In this document: positions 60,545-64,000 of the stretch, in pieces
How the letters are laid out: each line of letters opens with the position of its first letter
Numbering within the stretch: the stretch's first letter is position 1
Notes under the pieces: generated by a model
What the model was told of the DNA's origin: nothing
The model's input: the letters and a program-made list of their open reading frames with translations, nothing else
The model's database searches: none
Position numbers and translations under genes: made by a program
IMG/VR virus record: IMGVR_UViG_3300014204_005796
Coordinates: 32,001-96,000 of that record
DNA length: 64,000 nucleotides
Origin: a virus
Lineage: Duplodnaviria; Caudoviricetes
Direction: 5' to 3' (one strand)

Positions 60545-61013
60545 CTTGTTTTAGATTATTCTGTATAGTAGCCAAACGCTTATTGTCTTTCTGTCTGGCG
60601 TGCATAACTTTTGAATTTTCTAAAGTAAGTGCCATGCGTAAGTAGCTTCGGGCGTCTTCTAAGAGTTTTACATGTTTTTTCATGTCAGCCTTTAAAGCGC
60701 GTTTATACTTATCACGGTGCTTTGGATACACCATAGGCAGCATTTCAATACGCTCATCGTAGTTTATAGCAGCTAACCACTTTAAATAAACATAGTACCC
60801 AAAGTTATTATACCTCCAGGATGCCCAACCGGCTTTACCCAGCTGAAGCGCAAGAGTCCCAGCTTGTATCGTATAAGACCGCGCTGTCTCCATATCATCT
60901 TTTGCAATAGCCGCCTTAGCTAATTTTGATGCGACCTTATAGTCCTCTAAAGTGCCAGCAGCGGCTGTACACGCAAAGAACAGTACTAAAAAACTAATAA
61001 AATACTTTTTCAT
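60501..61013 (-). CDS. exported helical (TPR-like) protein
   Basis: signal peptide MKKYFISFLVLFFACTAAA. Confidence 0.5.
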   Translation of the reverse strand: MKKYFISFLVLFFACTAAAGTLEDYKVASKLAKAAIAKDDMETARSYTIQAGTLALQLGKAGWASWRYNNFGYYVYLKWLAAINYDERIEMLPMVYPKHRDKYKRALKADMKKHVKLLEDARSYLRMALTLENSKVMHARQKDNKRLATIQNNLKQVEEYLAYVKDDTRL

Positions 61014-61015
61014 TA

Positions 61016-61585
61016 TTACCTCCCAAGTCCTTTGTTAAGAACGTCAAAAAATTTTGACTGCTCACCAAATTTTGCGTCTCTAAATTTATTTGAAACTTTA
61101 TCCCACAAAGTCCAGTCTCCTTGTACGTTACATATTATTTTGCTGTTCCCAATGTTAAATACTAAACCATTTCCAGTCAGCATTCCGGCCAGCTGTTCTA
61201 TAGATAAGTACAGTGAGGATACGGCTACGTCCGTCGGACCAGTAAATTCAAAGTGTACGACGGGTTCTGTAAACGGACCACTGTCTGGAACATCGGCTGA
61301 CCAAAAATTTCCTGAGGCTTTTAGTCCGGCATTCACCATCTTATTTACAAAATCATTTAAGTTACCGCCGGCTTTAACATTTGTGCCATACGCGGTGCCA
61401 CTCCCGCCGGATAAACTTACTGTGTTCGTTGGTAAAGCAAAATTTACCAGTCGGTTCGTGGTAGATGTATGATACTCCCTATGGGCGTCCTTAGCTTCCA
61501 GGAACGCGTCTAATTCAGTTAAGTTTATTCCGTGTGGAGGCATCTTTAGTTGTATCCTTTCCTTCATGGGCACGCAAGTGTTCAA
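61016..61585 (-). CDS. hypothetical protein with shared motif
   Basis: TDVAVSSLYLSIEQL. Confidence 0.6.
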   Translation of the reverse strand: MNTCVPMKERIQLKMPPHGINLTELDAFLEAKDAHREYHTSTTNRLVNFALPTNTVSLSGGSGTAYGTNVKAGGNLNDFVNKMVNAGLKASGNFWSADVPDSGPFTEPVVHFEFTGPTDVAVSSLYLSIEQLAGMLTGNGLVFNIGNSKIICNVQGDWTLWDKVSNKFRDAKFGEQSKFFDVLNKGLGR

Positions 61586-61866
61586 GCTTTGTGTCCAGCT
61601 CTTTTGTTACCATTTCAAAGTTAAGCGCATGTACTACCTTGCACTCAGGAAGGTCCCTATCCGGGTATATCTCAATAACAAAGTGACTCTTATCGGGAGC
61701 CTTGTCGCCAAACTCTTTTTTAAATGAAGCTACCTGAAACCTTACTTCGGACCTTGACTCCAGACGTATAAGGAGCTCATTGATTTCTTTTATCTTGTCT
61801 GCAATTATGTGTACCTGCTCCGTGAACTTTTTATTGATTTTTGCCATGTTAGCCTCCACAATGAGT

Positions 61867-61895
61867 ATTATACTATTTTTTATTCCTAAAGTCAA
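61867..61895 (-). promoter_or_regulatory. sigma70-type promoter overlapping the end of the glycosyltransferase gene
   Basis: TTGACT-17-TATAAT. Confidence 0.7.
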
Positions 61896-62997
61896 ATAAA
61901 ACTTTAGCGTAAAAATCCACCCACTGCTGGGCTATCTTACCTTGGTTGAAGTTCTGGCGGATGAACGTGGCAGCAGTTTTTCCTAATTTATCACGTGTTG
62001 GCTTATCATGAATAAGGTCTTCAAGAGTTTTAAACCAGCGCTTATATGTTGCCCCACGAGCCTTAACCAGAATGCCATTAACACCATCGCGCACCGTTGT
62101 ATTATATGCTGTAACATCAGAAGCCACAACAGCGATACCCTGAGAGCCACCTTCCAAGAATTTAAGGTTCGACTTACACGTGTTAAACGGTATGTCTGCA
62201 AGTGGAGTGATAAGTATGTCAACGTCACGTAGGCTCTTATAGTACTCCATCATATCATTAACAAAAGGTAAAACAATCAGCTGGTCCTGCGGCAGGTCCT
62301 TAAGCAGAGGACAAGTCGGCCAGCCACCAAACTTAAACCGTACGTTTTTATACTTTTTGAGAAGGTCGGCAATAACCGGAAATACAACTTCCAGGTCTAC
62401 AAGATGTGTTGCACTTCCAAACCAGCCAATAATGATATCATCATGTGGAGTCTTTGCCGGCAGTTGGTCAATAATTTCAAATTCTATGGCATTTGGTATT
62501 ACTGTGATGTTAGGATTATAAGGAGCATATAACTGTTTAAGCGGTTCGGTACTAACCGTCATAGCGTCCATTTTTGACATATAGCGTAAGGAATTCATAA
62601 TGCGCTCTTTGGTGTAATACAAGGCTGACTGAGACCTGCGATCTACATGAAGAAAGTCATCATCTGCCTCATAGACCATAACAGGATTGACGGACTTACG
62701 CATACGTTCAACCCACCCAAGATTGTTGAAGTCGTTCTGGCGCTGATGTACCACCACGTCCCATGCAGGGTCGTCAGGCCCGGGGTCTGCGTCGGGTCCT
62801 ATCATGAAACCGCTGACAATCTGATTAACTTTGGCAGGAAAGTTCTTATTAATTCTGTTTGCCGGCTGGCGCCCACGATACCACGCGCAGCCTGTAGAGT
62901 CTGCCGCCAAAAACATAACCTTTAAAGCGCTTGGCTGCAGTGAGTCTAAACCATAGAGATATCTCTGTAGCTGCGCAAAATCCCGGTCGGTATACAT
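61873..62997 (-). CDS. GT-B glycosyltransferase (GT4-like)
   Basis: GCAWYR, EADD, VSTEPL, IPNAI, IGWFGS, FNTCKSNLKFLE, VVASD. Confidence 0.85.
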   Translation of the reverse strand: MYTDRDFAQLQRYLYGLDSLQPSALKVMFLAADSTGCAWYRGRQPANRINKNFPAKVNQIVSGFMIGPDADPGPDDPAWDVVVHQRQNDFNNLGWVERMRKSVNPVMVYEADDDFLHVDRRSQSALYYTKERIMNSLRYMSKMDAMTVSTEPLKQLYAPYNPNITVIPNAIEFEIIDQLPAKTPHDDIIIGWFGSATHLVDLEVVFPVIADLLKKYKNVRFKFGGWPTCPLLKDLPQDQLIVLPFVNDMMEYYKSLRDVDILITPLADIPFNTCKSNLKFLEGGSQGIAVVASDVTAYNTTVRDGVNGILVKARGATYKRWFKTLEDLIHDKPTRDKLGKTAATFIRQNFNQGKIAQQWVDFYAKVLFDFRNKK

Positions 62998-63225
62998 TAT
63001 TGTGGCACCGCCGTACGCTTATTATAGTTTGAAAGTATCTCCATAATGGCCTGGTCCATAGTGTCACCCATCTTTGTAGTGCCCTTCATAAAGCCTGCGC
63101 AAAGCTCCGGGCTATTTACAAGTTTTTCATACGGCCCAGTAATCTCGTACTCTATCTCGATGTGCGTATAGTTTCCTGTATTGTACCTGCGCATTACCCG
63201 TATCTTGCCGCCTAATTCTTCCATG

Positions 63226-63864
63226 TTATCTCCCTTCGTTTAGCTGATTTGTGTTTGATGAACGACGTTCACCCTCGTATACCGATTTGAACAAGAAGTA
63301 CATATTCTGGCAGTAATCATACGCCGCGTTTACTATTTCACCTGCTGCCCGTATAGAAGCGAGTTCATCAATCTTCTGCTGGTACGTCGTATCCTGGCGA
63401 GCTTCTGCGTCGCGCTTATCTGCTGATGTTCCCAGGGCCTTGCTCAAAGCAGAACCATACACTTTCTTAACTTCACTTTCAAGTTTTTCTCCGGTGTACC
63501 TAAGCAGTGCTTTGTATCTGGAAATGTACGCCGATATGGCTGCGCCTTGTATTGAAAACATCATAGCTGCTACCGGGTCAACGAAACCTTTAATCTCGTC
63601 GCACTCCTGTTTGAACAACTCAAAGTTTGACAGGTCTATCTCATCTACAGATACAATACGGGATACCAGGTTCTTTACGCCACCGTCAACCACGTCCACA
63701 CTCGCCATGGCCAGAATAGCCTCAGGTTTTGTCGCACTAAGCGGCTGGTCAAATTTTACGTGGTACTTGGTACTGCCAATAAGTCTTACTACTATTCCGG
63801 CGTCTCCTGCGCGGGCCAGAAGCTCTGTTCCATCTACGATATCGTGCTTAAGCTTTACTATCAT
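63226..63864 (-). CDS. hypothetical coiled-coil protein, possibly UvsY-like
   Basis: helical C-terminus KRDAEARQD..Y; weak resemblance only. Confidence 0.3.
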   Translation of the reverse strand: MIVKLKHDIVDGTELLARAGDAGIVVRLIGSTKYHVKFDQPLSATKPEAILAMASVDVVDGGVKNLVSRIVSVDEIDLSNFELFKQECDEIKGFVDPVAAMMFSIQGAAISAYISRYKALLRYTGEKLESEVKKVYGSALSKALGTSADKRDAEARQDTTYQQKIDELASIRAAGEIVNAAYDYCQNMYFLFKSVYEGERRSSNTNQLNEGR

Positions 63865-64000
63865 AATTCCTCCTAAGGTTCTGGAATGGTATTTACGTGT
63901 TCTTTTATCTCATCTGCCGTGACAGCAAGCTCATTAAGTTGTCTTCTAAACTTTTCTGCAAGCGCCGGGGGCAAATTTCCTTTAATCTCCACGCGCCTAT

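Noticed and set aside
1-64000. CRISPR array, tRNA or rRNA genes
   Set aside because: No regularly spaced repeats and no T-loop/cloverleaf pattern found by eye; a tRNAscan run would settle the tRNA question.
1-64000. Stop-codon reassignment
   Set aside because: Genes tile densely under the standard code and TAG, TGA and TAA all terminate recognisable genes.

Overview
This window is part of a large tailed bacteriophage genome with a contractile tail. The host is probably an anaerobic bacterium, inferred from canonical sigma70 promoters, long AGGAGGTGA Shine-Dalgarno sites and an NrdG gene. Bases 1-18082 (+ strand) hold a tail/baseplate module: DUF5661-like protein, HNH, tube, frameshifted chaperone, tape measure, hub, spike, gp25-like, baseplate J, wedge/fibre and a 1267-aa unknown. 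Bases 18068-64000 are almost entirely - strand. Recognisable genes there are a sigma factor, RtcB, NrdG, ATP-dependent ligase, GIY-YIG and HNH nucleases, Gp88, a MoxR-AAA/vWA pair, Hsp20, a HicB-like/RHH pair, an NDT-like protein, a deaminase and a glycosyltransferase, among about 80 small orphan ORFs. The main unexplained signals are: (1) an 8-residue peptide motif, S-[ST]-h-x-[FLM]-x-h-E, shared by about 23 otherwise dissimilar orphan proteins; (2) a 24-bp DNA element repeated four times in three different reading frames; (3) a ~22-kb block almost devoid of GATC that ends at a terminus-like non-coding region near 51.7 kb. All family calls come from motif recognition by eye, not database searches.
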